A stretch of 62,967 bases of DNA, counting the filler, from Collodictyon triciliatum (taxonomy: Eukaryota): assembly GCA_043381765.1 (NCBI GenBank). It is 7 parts of 7 records of this genome, joined end to end, with 100 filler letters (N's around TTAATTAATTAA, not from the genome) between each part and the next. Parts side by side here need not be neighbours in the genome. Positions count along the whole stretch, not along the records: positions 44,091 to 54,076 come from JBHJMP010002834.1; positions 54,177 to 60,656 come from JBHJMP010002836.1; positions 60,757 to 62,967 come from JBHJMP010002962.1; 4 more parts are not named here. The stretch is one strand, 5' to 3'. Numbering within the stretch: position 1 is the stretch's first letter; the number at the start of each line of letters is the position of its first letter. The translations under genes were made by a program, and so were the position numbers. This document shows, piece by piece, positions 51,101 to 62,967 of the stretch. The notes below the pieces were generated by a model. That model did no database searches. It saw only the letters and a program-made list of their open reading frames with translations, and had not been told where the DNA came from.

Positions 51101-53817
51101 AAGGAAAAAAAAAGAAAAAGAGGGCATATTTGAACAGACAGTCCTTGTAATACTCTTCATCAAACAGGATAAATCATATACTCTCTCGAGGGTATTGCGA
51201 ATCTAAAATTAGATGATACTATAGCGTTGAATATAGGGTAGAGGTAGGTACATACAAGAATACATCCTTTTGAGCTGCCAGTTTATCCTCCACAGTTTTT
51301 TCCCATTTAATCTTCTCGCGCATCTCGATTTGTTTCTGAAGCGCCGCAAATTTTGCATTAAATTCTTGGTGCTGTTCGTTAAGTTTCCGAATCAATTCCG
51401 TAATAACCTATATAAATGAGATGTATATAGCTTATAAGGTAGAGAAAACTTAACCACATCTTTCTAAAGAAAAAAGGAAGGAAAGTATGTTTTTATTGAA
51501 TGCAATCTGAGCAAAGGTATTGCAATACGAGTGCACACACCCAACCTCATTTTCTGAAGGAGCAGGATTTGTCCCGTCAATCAATATGTATTTGGATATC
51601 TCTTCATCCTTATTAGCCATTTTCTGCTCCAACATTGATATTTCCTGCCTCAGCTTTACTATTTCTTCCTACGAGGAATTCATGTTACATCGTATGAAAT
51701 GATAATAATCTAGATCAGTTCAACTTATATGCCGTATAATTTTTTCATTTAATTTTTGCTAAGGTCATGATAATTTCTTCAATACTTGTTGAATCTGGTT
51801 CATTTCGATATCAACTTTTCCAGCTTCTTTGTAGTATTGATTCCTTTTTTGTCTGAATGACCTGGCTGAGCTGTTTGGAGAGCGCACAGCATGAGAGTCA
51901 AAGTCATCATCATCATTTGATTCTCCCGATGGACTTCCCTCTGACGAGCGCTCTGCTTGGGATTTATCAAAGAACCTTCCCCAGTCATTGGTTGGAGTAT
52001 TCTCTCCTCCAACCTTCTTCTGGTAAAGCTGTTCTCGGAGGATGAGGAGCTCCTAGTGCACAAATTAGTTACACCCGTAAAAGAGAGCGGTCTTTCATAT
52101 GGTGCAATGCCACTCTATCAGATGGCAGAGGTATATCTTTATATATATATATGTTTGAATTCTACTTTATAATAAGAAGTCCTTTGCTCCTCTAAAAGTT
52201 TGTTTCTGCGCAGTAAATGGCCTCTCAAAATGTCCATTTTGACGTCGTGTCTCTTAAGTCTCTCCATAGCATCCTTTATGTAGGATTTTACATAAAAGAT
52301 TAATTAGCAGCTTCCTTCCCCTCATTCAAGAAGGATGTGAATTTTTCTAAAGGCACATGCTTTTTCCAAACGGTATAATGACACCAATTATATGCAAAAA
52401 TGGGCATTTCTGCATCTTGATGACATTGCATACATTCAGTTGCTGCTTTAGTTGTGTTGCATAGGCTCTGTGCTTGTCAAGCTCATTATGAAGGTCTTGT
52501 GTCTGTAAATATATCAACATTCATCGGTTCTCTTTCTAATATTTAGTGAGGGGTTTGTATGAATCAATTTGCAACCAAAATGCAGACCCATATATCCTGT
52601 TTCTTGGTGGGTTGCTGTTCTCTGAGGTCTTTGATGATAAGATTTGCCAAATTCTCCAAGACTGAGTTTATGGCAAACTGTATTTGTTGTGCATCACTAG
52701 ATTTCAAGGAACTGTAGCGCGGGGATAGTGGCTGTTTATGTATCAAACAAAAAAAAAGAAAGAATTATTTAGATAAATTATATTCGAAACGTTTCAACAA
52801 TATATTTGGCTTCGAACATTAAATTAAGGTTACTTTCAAATATTTCATGAATTTGGTTTAAAAAAATCATGGTCAATATATTCCTCATCGCTATAGTTTT
52901 CTTCTCTTTTCTTAATTTAAATATCATAATATTGGTGATATTATTTCATCATGTTACCACTTTCTTCGACTGCGGGCTACTGATGGCTTGAGATGTCTCC
53001 TTTTCATAGGAATGGCACCATTAATATCATGGTCATTTTCCTTCCCCCTTAATGGTGGCAAAAGGGTTTCTCTCTCTTCCATTGGATGAAATTATGCATT
53101 TATGATTTAGCAAAACATACAATATTGAAAAGGAAGAAAAAAAGACACCTGGCTCGCGTGTTTGGAGGAGAGCATCGCCTTTACTTTCGCATCGATCTCC
53201 AAACCAGCCTGGGTCATGGCTCTTGCATATGTCTTTGAAACAGTCGATGCAATCGATGCATTGTCTCTCTTTGCTAGAAGCTCCTGTTTGGAATCAGCTT
53301 CCAACTGAAGCGCTTCAAACATGTCGGCCAGCTCTCTCCGCGCAGCAGCTAATCGACTCTCCAGCTGTTGAAGGAAGGTTTCGTTCTGTGACATGTCAAC
53401 ATCCAGATCCTTTAGGAGCCTTCTGCTGGCCTGTCCGCCTCCTAACAGCGCCTACACAAGAATCGATATCATGGATACCTTGTATTGATTATTACCGCAG
53501 CGTGAGTGCCGTGAGGCCGCTCAGGTTTCTCTTCAGAGTCATGGAATGAGTCTGCTTCATAGTCAACGCTTGATTGGTGTGCTGTAAACTAACGACTTAC
53601 AGACGATCGGCGCTGCAGTTGCGGCTGACTTTGGCTTTGAGTTTGCGTGTGAATCTGGTTTTGAAGGTTGGCTGCATCCGACGAACTTGGCGCTGTTGTA
53701 AACTCCATGCGGGGTTCTCGTAGCCCGTGGGGTTGGTTTTGCACTCAGACTGCCCGGATCGTTGATCTTGGGGTGATCTGCCTCGCTTTGGGACAACACG
53801 GGTCTGGCTTTTTCGAC
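45173..53817 (-). CDS. Large multi-exon coiled-coil / low-complexity hypothetical protein; 5'-partial, could be two genes
   Basis: Many GT-AG exons with heptad-like content (LQQLESRLAAARRELADMFEALQLE, KAMNKLKIEVREYQHKLEEL, IQKLEAELEASRGQ); last exon ends ...IPNLNMS* at 45173. Confidence 0.65.
47283..47612. repeat. Compound (AATGAATA)n / (AAACCAT)n / (AAAACAT)n intronic repeat
   Basis: Directly visible; interrupted by an N run. Confidence 0.9.
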
Positions 53818-54014
53818 TGTCATGCAGGGAAAAGATAGATAAGTTGCAATTAAAATAATAAAATGAAGAAATAATCTTTGTGGGTTGACTCTCAAAACCA
53901 TGAAAATCGAAACGAAGTTAGTGTGGTGGGGATTCACAGGTGCTCTTTTCCTTATTGTTTTCTTTTTCCCTTTCTCTCTGACTTTACCCTTTCTTTTTTT
54001 TTACCTTTTTTTTA

Positions 54015-54076
<62 letters not shown>

Positions 54077-54176
54077 NNNNNNNNNNNNNNNNNNNNNNNN
54101 NNNNNNNNNNNNNNNNNNNNTTAATTAATTAANNNNNNNNNNNNNNNNNNNNNNNNNNNNNNNNNNNNNNNNNNNN
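54077..54176. other. Artificial contig linker
   Basis: Same 100-nt spacer. Confidence 0.97.
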
Positions 54177-54307
54177 TCTCTTTTCATCTCTTTTCATCTC
54201 TTTTCATCTCTTTTCATCTCTTTTCATCTCTTTTCATCTCTTTTCATCTCTTTTCATCTCTTTTCATCTCTTTTCCCTACCGCTTCTTACATTCGGCGCT
54301 TCCGCAG

Positions 54308-57300
54308 CTGCCAAGTCCCCAGCAGCAACCGCCGCACCGCCCTCACCACCGGCCCCTCCTCCTCCACCCGCGATGCCCACCGATGCTGCAGCACCGCCTC
54401 CGCCTCCACCTCCACCTCCACCACCCGGAATGACCGCCGATGCTTCTGGCCCACCGCCGCCTCCGCCGCCTCCACCCCCACCGGGAATGATGGGCGGGCC
54501 GCCACCACCTCCTCCACCGCCTCCAGGAATGATGGGTGGTCCCCCTCCGCCTCCGCCGCCCCCCGGGATGATGGGCGGGCCTCCACCGCCACCTCCTCCA
54601 GGAATGATGGGCGGACCACCGCCGCCACCGGGCATGATGCCTGGGCCGATGATGGCGCCTGCCTCTCCAATTCCAGGTCCAGTTTATTTTACTCTACCCT
54701 ATCGTATCTCTTGTTTCGCTTCTGTCTATGTGTACATCAAGGATGGGTTATTATCTGGGGATAGTCGTAGCGTGCTCGTGTTATTTTCTCTTCAAAAATA
54801 GTTATTCTTGCGATACTTGTTTATGAAATTGTATCACATACCGATTCAGGTCGTAATCCCAAGAAATTTGGAAAGCCACAAGGATCTTTGAAACCGGTGA
54901 TCATTATTAATAATAATAAGATAAAATTAAAAAAAGAGGAAAGTATAATAATAAATTGTATGTGACAAATAAGAGTGTAGTATAGCCACTCCTTATGTGC
55001 GTTAATTTAGATGTTTTGGAGTAAAATCCCAGTACCAAAAGCACGAGCATCCATTTGGAAAGATGTTGTATATGAGGAGTATACCGAGAAACTCAAATTT
55101 GATGAGTTTTCCTCTACATTCTCCAATAAATCAACTACCCAGGCCGCACCTGCAGGTAATTTGATTCTTTTTTTGAATTGCAATTTCAAGCTGAACCAAT
55201 TTTATTATCGAGACAGTCATTCACTCCTTCTATCATAACTACCGCCACCAGCTCCAAAGAAGTCTGGTCCTGTAACTTACATCAAGCCTGAGAGATCTCA
55301 AGCAATTGGTATTTCGAATATTCGTCATTGACAAAATTTTGTGATTAGGGGTCTTTTAAAACAAACTTTTTTCCTCTGCTTCCTTTTTTTAAAAAAAAAA
55401 TAAATTAAACTGGGTATCCATTATAACAGAAAACTAAAACTTCAAACCTAACATCGCATCATATAACGTAGGTATCGTGCTGCAAAAGGCAAAACTTACT
55501 GTGGAAGAACTGAAGTCTCAATTGCTCTCTTTCGACGAAGAAAAAATCTCTGCTCAAATGCTTCAAAGTGTCGCGCGGCTTCTTCCAAAGACTGATGAGG
55601 TTTTATATTTTATTTTATTCCCTCTTATTTTTCATGCCCCTGAACACCTTTTATCTTCATAAATTATTCCATGATTGCAAACTTTTTTATAATAAAAAAA
55701 AACATGTTTTAATCTATATTTAAATTCGTATGTATTATCCCATGGCAGAAAGAAACCTTGAGGCCTTTCGTATCTGAAAGAGCTAATTTAGATAAGGGTG
55801 ATGTATTTATGATCGAGGTAGGACAAAATATCGACGTCAATTTCTAGGCTTTTTTTTTTTTTGGCCTCAGATATATATTTTAAGCTATTGTTTATTTATT
55901 TTTTTTTTTAAAAAAAAAAAAGAAAGCTTGTCGATTCATTATCTGCTGCTTTAGATGATGGAGATTGAGAATATTGATGAGATGGTAAGTGCTTGGATTC
56001 AGATCCGTAAATTCACATCTGTTTACGAAGAACTGGACAAGGTAACCTATCTCAATCTCTACCATCCAGATGATTTTAGTGTCCTGTTAGTTGATTCTGG
56101 TTATGTCATGTTTTGTATTATTTATTTAAAAGACTCCCATCACTATAGAAAATTCAGACTAGGATAACTGCCTGCTCTGAACTTCGTAACAGCGAGGGAT
56201 TACGTGAATTCTTGGCCGTAATTACATTTCTCTCTCAGATTTAGATATTTATTTATATTTACATTTTGGCCCCAATGACCGTACCATCCATGTATCGGTC
56301 ATAATTTTGCCTCTTTCTTATGCCCGTAGCTCGTTTTGGCATTTGGCAATTATGTCAATGGAGGTACCGCCCGTGGTGACGCGTTTGGCTTTAAGCTTGA
56401 TTTCTTATCAAAGGTCTTTTTTTTTTCTTTAAGGTTGTATGTTGCATAATGTATAAGAGCGGTCATATATTGGAGCAAAAAAAAAAAATTCTCAAAGGCA
56501 ACAACCACTTATCTCAAACAGCTCAAGAATACAAAGTCGACAGACAACAAAAAGACCCTTCTTCAGTATATACTGGATGTCAGCAATGGAGTCGCACCTA
56601 AGGCCCTAGAAATTGCATCTCAACTATCCCAACTGCCAGATGCATGCAAAGGTACTGCCAATGAAATACGCTGGACTATCGTATTGTGTATATGCCTAAT
56701 AAATTGGCTACTCTATCAATATATCACTACTTGTCGTTATCTTCATTATGAATCTATGTTTTATCAAATCGTAACATAATTTGATGCAACAGAAAAAATC
56801 GATGATTTGAAAAAGGATGAAAAAGAACTTCGCGAGACAATAAACAAGGCAGAGACACAATTAAGCCTGTTCGAGGCAGATGGAACTGAAGACTCGCCTC
56901 AAAAGTGCTCAGCATATAAAAACATGTTGAAGGTATGGTCCAGGCCCTTAGGAATTGATATTTATTTATTTATTTATTTTTTACAATCCTTTTTCAGTCG
57001 CAGTCATAGGTGCAGTTTTGTCATATAACTGCCGCACCAAACCTGTCTATATTTTGTAGAGGTTCCTGGATGAAAGCAAGAGTGACTTTGATGAGCTTAT
57101 TAAAAAATTCGAGACCATGGAAAATGATATCTCGATTACTCTGGAGGCCTTTGGTGAGGATAAGAGTGGTAACGCAGATGAATTCCTTGGCATATTTAAT
57201 GAGTTCTTGACCGATTTCAAGGTAAACCCATTTATTTATTTATTTTTACTATATTCACGACTTTTTTTTTTTCATTTCACCTTAATCCGATTACATCTCA

Positions 57301-57857
57301 TCTTTTCCCATTCGCATTATCTATCATATCTTTCACTACCTCATACAAATCTGGCTTTTTCTCATAGGCAGTCAAGAATGCCATGGACAAGGCACAACTT
57401 GAGGCTGATCTAAAGCAGAGAAGAAGGGTGCGTAAAAAAAAACCTAATCGAACAGAGACTATTGCATTGATTAATTAATGTAAATAGTTGTTTCGTCTAT
57501 GCACATGCTTATTGCCTTGGTTATCTTGCAACCCTCAGGACTATCATCATTAACACGACATTGTTTATTTGTTTATTTATGCTCTCGTTTCAGGAACGAG
57601 CTGCCTCCATTGAGGGTGGTTCAGGGCCAGCCAAACAGGAGAGCCAAGCACGCGGTCTCAGGGGCGCTGCATCTCAAATCGACATAGGCAACATGAAAGA
57701 TCGAGTAGATCGCACTAAAACTAAGTTTACGTCTCAGCCATTACTCAAGAGGGATGGGGCTGCCGCAACTACTGATAAGAAGGATGAAAAAGCACCAGAA
57801 GCTCGCCCGGCAAAGAACCAAACTTTCAGTATCTTCAAAAGTCTGAAGAAGTCTTAA
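54308..57857 (+). CDS. Formin (FH1-FH2); 5'-partial
   Basis: Poly-Pro FH1 with repeated PPPPPPPGMMGG units; FH2 motifs LKP|MFWSKIP...SIWK, RSQAIG|IVL, LAFGNYVNGGTARGDAFGFKLDFLSK|LKNTKSTDNKKTLLQY, FGED...EFLGIFNEFLTDFK. Confidence 0.95.
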
Positions 57858-58582
57858 AATCTTTACCTCCATCTCCTTTGGTAAGTTTCATTCATTATTG
57901 CATCCTGTAAAGCAATTTTTTTATTTCTTATTTTTTGTGGCTTTAACAAATTTACCCCCTTTTCAAATTGAATTATATGTTCTTAAATATTTATGCTCCT
58001 AACATCACATATAACTTGCTGCCAATCAGGGAACACCTGTCATCTCCTGGCCTCTGTCCGAATCGTTGCATCCTGGACAAGGAGCCAAAATAAAGAAAAA
58101 AAATGTTCGAAGGGGAAATTGAATTCCACCGGGGTCTGTGATTATGTAGAGCATGCGCTTCATTTGTTTCTTAGATTTCATATTTCATTTGGATTCCACA
58201 TTATATTATTCTATTTCGGTTTCTATTTCTTATCTATGCTATGGAAATGCAACCACAAGCCACTGGTAAAGGTTTCAAGAGCACACTTAGTGGGAGGCAC
58301 ACTCACAATGCCAGCGACGAACGATTGGCAACCAAAGAGTGTATATTTTATCAGGAGATGTGGCCTTGAAGCCGGTTCAAGCGGAAAGACCATAAAGACC
58401 GTGTATTTTATGTTCAGAGGAAGCACACATCAAGAGAAAGCAAAACAAGATAAAGAGATTGTGTCTTCTGGGCGGCTACACACAAGCTTCTCCATAAAAA
58501 TAAAAAAATAGATAATAATTTGGCGACTAAAGATTAATTATCCATGCGAATGAACTGATCGTGTTTACTGCGAAGATGAACA

Positions 58583-60399
58583 CTAGAAGCAGTCTTCCTG
58601 GAGTGGCGATGCATCAGAGACAGTAAAAGAAGTATCTTCAACATTTTCGCCGTTACCAGCGTACCTGCATATTTGGTATACGATGGTTAATGGATCCAAA
58701 ATATCGAGAAGACTGATACAAAACAGTTTGACCTATGAGGCTCTAGGTTCTCCCTAATGTACTGGCAGAATCTAGCAATCAGGCAAAATAAATACAGATA
58801 TCACATACGGCCGCGACTTACAATATTTCGATGATTTTCTTGAAGGCGGGATTCTCAGAGTTCTGCTGGACAATAACCTGCTCGATTTGAAGGAGCTTCT
58901 GATAGTAAAAGTCTCGCTCTCTCTCCATTCCATCCACCATCAATTCAAGCTCATGGTAGCCTGGTTTTGAAAATGTAGACTCTTGTATCGGTCGAAAGGA
59001 TTCATCTAAGAATACCTCATCTGTGCATGGGGAAATTAATGAACCATTGCATTGCATGTTAGAAGTATATATTTTTTGTAGTGTATGGTTGTGCAAAAAA
59101 ATGTAGAAAAGGACATAACAGAAGCAAGGTAAGTTTGGTAGGGGCCTACGTTTCTGTTGAGACTGGGGATGTGTAGCTGCGGGATTCTGGGGTTGAGATT
59201 GAAGCTGTTGTTGGGGCTGAAGCTTTTTGGGTGTCTGCTTCTTTTGCTGTTGGGCGGCAGTTGCTGGAAAAGTATATTTGCTTGGGTTTGTGCTTGAGCT
59301 TGTACTTGAAGGCCGACTATGTGCCGTGCTCGTATGTGATGCGGGGTGTAGGCTTTTAGTGGTGGATGAGCGCGGAGTTTGTGGGGCTTGATGAATCTGG
59401 GCGTTTGGTGGTGGTTGCCTCACAGACGCTCTTCTTCCTTTTTTTTTTTTACATTTATTTATTTTGCAAAGTGAGCTAATTGTTCCATACACATTTAAAA
59501 AGATGTGAGTGACAACTTTACTGATATCGATTTTGATGGTTCTAGGATAATATGAATTGACTAAATCCTAAATGAAACTCTCATAAAGGCCGCTTGCATT
59601 TAAATAAAATTGAGGGAAGGCTAAACTTGAGACGGCATTACTATCTCTTTCTATAATTGATGACATACCGTATCCTTGATTTTCGTCTAATATCTTTTTC
59701 GTTGCAGGCTGTGGAGCCACTGACAAGCGCCCTGATTTTTGAGACGAAGACAATGAAGCTGCCATGGATTGATGCCCATCAGTATGTACAGAACCATTTC
59801 TGCGGCCAACAGCGTCATAGTCACCTCCCTAAGATAAAATAATCAGAGATGGGTCTATCCAGGATGAGATATAATTTTGTGTGGATGTTGGCTTGTGTGG
59901 TGATTTGTGGGGCTGGTACCAAAACATGGTGAGACTTTAGAAAAAATTGGCCATAGATATCAGACTAAATGATAGTTTGGTTCCCTGTGTCGGGAATGAT
60001 TGCGAGTCAGATGGAAGCGAAATGGATGTAGACTTACAGAGTAAGTGCGATCAAAGTAGCCTTTAAACCATTGCAGAAACTCCAAGTTGTCCTGGTATTT
60101 TCCTTTAATGAGCTTGTCAACTTCAATTCTCTGTTTAGCGTGAATATGTTTGTAAGAATGATGATGTATAGCATTTAAATAATCGTCTTAAATACATAAA
60201 TTGCCCATAGTAATTGGCACATGGATAAGCACGGAAGCAGCGGATCTTTATCCTGATTTACACGAGAAATAAAATAGGTAATAATAAGACCTTTTCCAAT
60301 TTCACTTTGTCAAAGGCCGCTTGTAAAACTTTGTAGTTCTTGATAAATTCATAGTCAAGCCTCGCATTAAAGTTAACTTTTGAGAGTTGCACCGTCCCT
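58583..60399 (-). CDS. EB1: Microtubule end-binding protein EB1 (MAPRE family); 5'-partial
   Basis: CH domain [58 protein letters not shown] domain [26 protein letters not shown]; acidic-aromatic tail QEDCF*. Confidence 0.95.
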
Positions 60400-60656
60400 G
60401 TAATGGTTGAATATTGGTCAAAAATTATTAAGAAAAAGAAAGGAAAGGACATGATTGAAGGAATTCATTTAATAGGTAAATATGACTGGAAAGGTGTATG
60501 TATATATTGGAACGCTTTTATGAGATAGATGTGAATAGGATATATATATCGAACGCTACTGAAATGAATGGTGATGTGAGGGAACCAACGTTTGTTAAAG
60601 AGTAGAATATGAGTTTTTTTGGATGTTTCCGCCAGCTTTATTTAATTTATATCAAT

Positions 60657-60756
60657 NNNNNNNNNNNNNNNNNNNNNNNNNNNNNNNNNNNNNNNNNNNN
60701 TTAATTAATTAANNNNNNNNNNNNNNNNNNNNNNNNNNNNNNNNNNNNNNNNNNNN
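60657..60756. other. Artificial contig linker
   Basis: Same 100-nt spacer. Confidence 0.97.
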
Positions 60757-61107
60757 GTTTTTGTTTCTTTTCTTTTCTTTTCTTTTCTTTTCTTTTCTTT
60801 TCTTTTCTTTTCTTTTCTTTTCTTTTCTTTTCTTTTCTTTTTTCTTCTTTCTTTCTTTGGTTACTTCTTTCCTTTCTCTTTGTTGGTTGTTCTCGTTCTT
60901 TTTATCTAAGCGCGACAGACCCTGCGAACAGCAACCCACGAGTCCATTTCCATGGGTTTTGATTCACTTCCCTTCTTATGACAGTCGCTCTTTGTTATTT
61001 GCAAACATGTTTTTTAGGATATCTATTGTTTGTGCCAACTTATTTCTGCGTCCAATAGTAAGACCCGAGTCATAACGCCTGCTGTGAAGCCACATAATGC
61101 TGGAGGA

Positions 61108-61880
61108 CTTTTTTTTCCTCTTTCTTTATTTTTTTTTGTTCTTTTTTGTTCTTAGTTTTTTTGTTTCTTTTTTTTGTTCTTTTTTGTTCTTTTTTTCTTT
61201 TTGTGTCTTTTTTGTTCTTTTTTTTGTTCTTTTCTTTCTTTTTTGTTCTTTATCTTTTTTGTTCCTTCTTTTTTTCTTGTTCCTTTTTTTTTTTTTGTTC
61301 TTTTTTTTTTGTTCTTTTTTTCCTGTCTTCTGGTTCTTTTTTTTTTGTTTCCATTTTTTTTTGTGTTGCTTTTTTGTTTCTTTTTTGGTGTTCCTTTTTT
61401 CGCTCTCACTCCTTTTTTTTGTTCTTATTTTTTGTTTTTTATTTTTGTTCTTTTTTTTATTTGTTCTGTTTTTTTTTGGTTTCTTTTTTTGTTCGCGGTT
61501 GTTTTGCCCTGCTTTTTTATTCTTCTTTTCTCTTTCTTTTCTTTTCATTTTCTCTTATTTCTTTTTTTTCTTTTCATTGTTTTTTTTTTCCTCCTGCCTC
61601 TATTTCTTTTCTCCTTCTTTTTTCCCTTGTTTTTCTATTCTTTTTTTTTTCTTCTTTTCTTTTTCTTTCTTTTTTTTCTTCCTTTTTCTTCCTGGGCTTT
61701 TTTTCTTTCGGTTTTTTTTCTTTTTCGTTTTTCTTTCCTTTTTCTTCTTTTCCTTTTTGACTTTTTCTTTTTCCTTTTTCCTTTCTATTCCTGTTTTTCT
61801 CTTTTTCCTTTCTTTTTCTATTTCCTTGGGTTTTTCTCTTTTCTTTTTCTTCTTTTTTTCTTTGTCTTTTTTCTTTTTAT
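61108..61880. repeat. Extremely T-rich low-complexity tract
   Basis: Irregular poly-T with scattered C/G and no coherent coding signal. Confidence 0.85.
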
Positions 61881-62967
61881 TACACAATTATATATAAAAA
61901 GATACAAAAAATATAAGAACTCAACAAATAAGAACAAAAAATTAAGAACATAAAGAACAATTATCAAATAGAATTCTCTAAAATTACAAGAACATATTTC
62001 ACTTATCTTTTTATAAAGCAGCAATTTCATTAATAAAAATACGAATCATATAAATAAAAGTCCTTAAACTAAAAATTTACTATAAAAGTTTTTCTAATTT
62101 CCTAACAGCACTAATATTATACAAAGATTTTATATGTTCTTTTCTTTCCCTTAATATTCCTCTATTATATACACGTTTCTATTTCACACTTTATTTCTTC
62201 TTAAATATATTCTTTTAACTAGCACTACTATTTCACTAATATCCTTATATTTAACAAAAAAGGTACAATATAACTTAAGATACAAATCATAAAGAAAACA
62301 AATAGAACAAACAATATGAACCACTAAATTCATTATATAATTGAATCAAACAATAAGAACATATATAATATAAAACTAAAGTATATATAAAGATATTAGC
62401 TCCATATTGTTCATATCTTTTATGTTCGCTCCTTTCAGATCGCTTATGCGATTGACTGATCAGGTTCTTTTACATTTTCTCTTTACATTACACTTTTTTT
62501 CTATTTTTTGATTCTGTTTCTTTTCCCTTTTAAATATATGTTATACATTTTCTTCTTTGTTATTTTTAATCATTGTTGTTTTTTGGCTTACTATAAACCT
62601 TAAGTTTGTTTTGTTTTTCTTTTTTCTTGTTTTTTTTCTTGCTTAAAATTAGCTACCTGTTAGCGACAAAGGTCAAAACAAAAGAACTCTGTTCTGAAGA
62701 AGGAAGGAACTGTTACAGATAAATACCCGAGTGGCACCACGTGATATTGCTTTGTGTGACTTTCGTTTGGGTTTGGTCCTTGAATCCCCCTGGGCGTGAT
62801 GGTTTAGTATACGTCGGGGGCGTGTGCCCGGACAACACCGCGTAGATTAAGTAATAGAATGGAAGTGGTTTTGGGGAAGGTGTGTATTTTCTTGGTTTGC
62901 GCAATGCACCGGCCTGTGCTGGATAACGGCCACCACCAATTGTTTTCAGACCAGGGGCATGTTTCCG

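Noticed and set aside
10006-60756. TTAATTAATTAA palindrome recurring roughly every 10 kb
   Set aside because: Always centred in a fixed 100-nt N spacer with six-frame stops: an assembly linker, not biology.
61097-61953. Long Phe-rich and Lys-rich ORFs
   Set aside because: Products of a T-rich low-complexity tract that may be low-quality sequence.
62713-62967. GC-richer end segment with a short minus-strand ORF
   Set aside because: Too short and truncated by the window edge; no family recognised.

Overview
AT-rich, intron-dense nuclear DNA from a eukaryote, probably a flagellated protist (it carries CFAP410), using the standard genetic code. The window is not contiguous: seven contig pieces (the five complete ones ~6.5-14 kb) are joined by artificial 100-nt linkers (N44-TTAATTAATTAA-N44), so gene order across linkers means nothing. 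Genes reconstructed by hand from splice sites: CFAP410; an LRR/Cys-rich/multi-TM receptor-like gene; a cyclic-nucleotide-binding-domain K+ channel; RMC1/Mic1; two paralogous intronless multi-pass membrane proteins; a large disordered protein; an LRR-coiled-coil-degenerate class III cyclase; a coiled-coil protein; a formin; and EB1. Main observations: (1) a family of ultra-short (~25-31 nt) insertions with the core GAATCGAATAAAGG, an A-rich tail and 13-18 bp target-site duplications, some of which duplicate splice donors; (2) 19 consecutive 69-nt phase-1 exons, each encoding exactly one 23-aa LRR with variable exposed residues; (3) a perfect 17-bp inverted repeat whose two arms each cover a 5' splice site of that receptor gene; (4) a predicted pseudo-cyclase. 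All gene models are manual and untested against transcripts.
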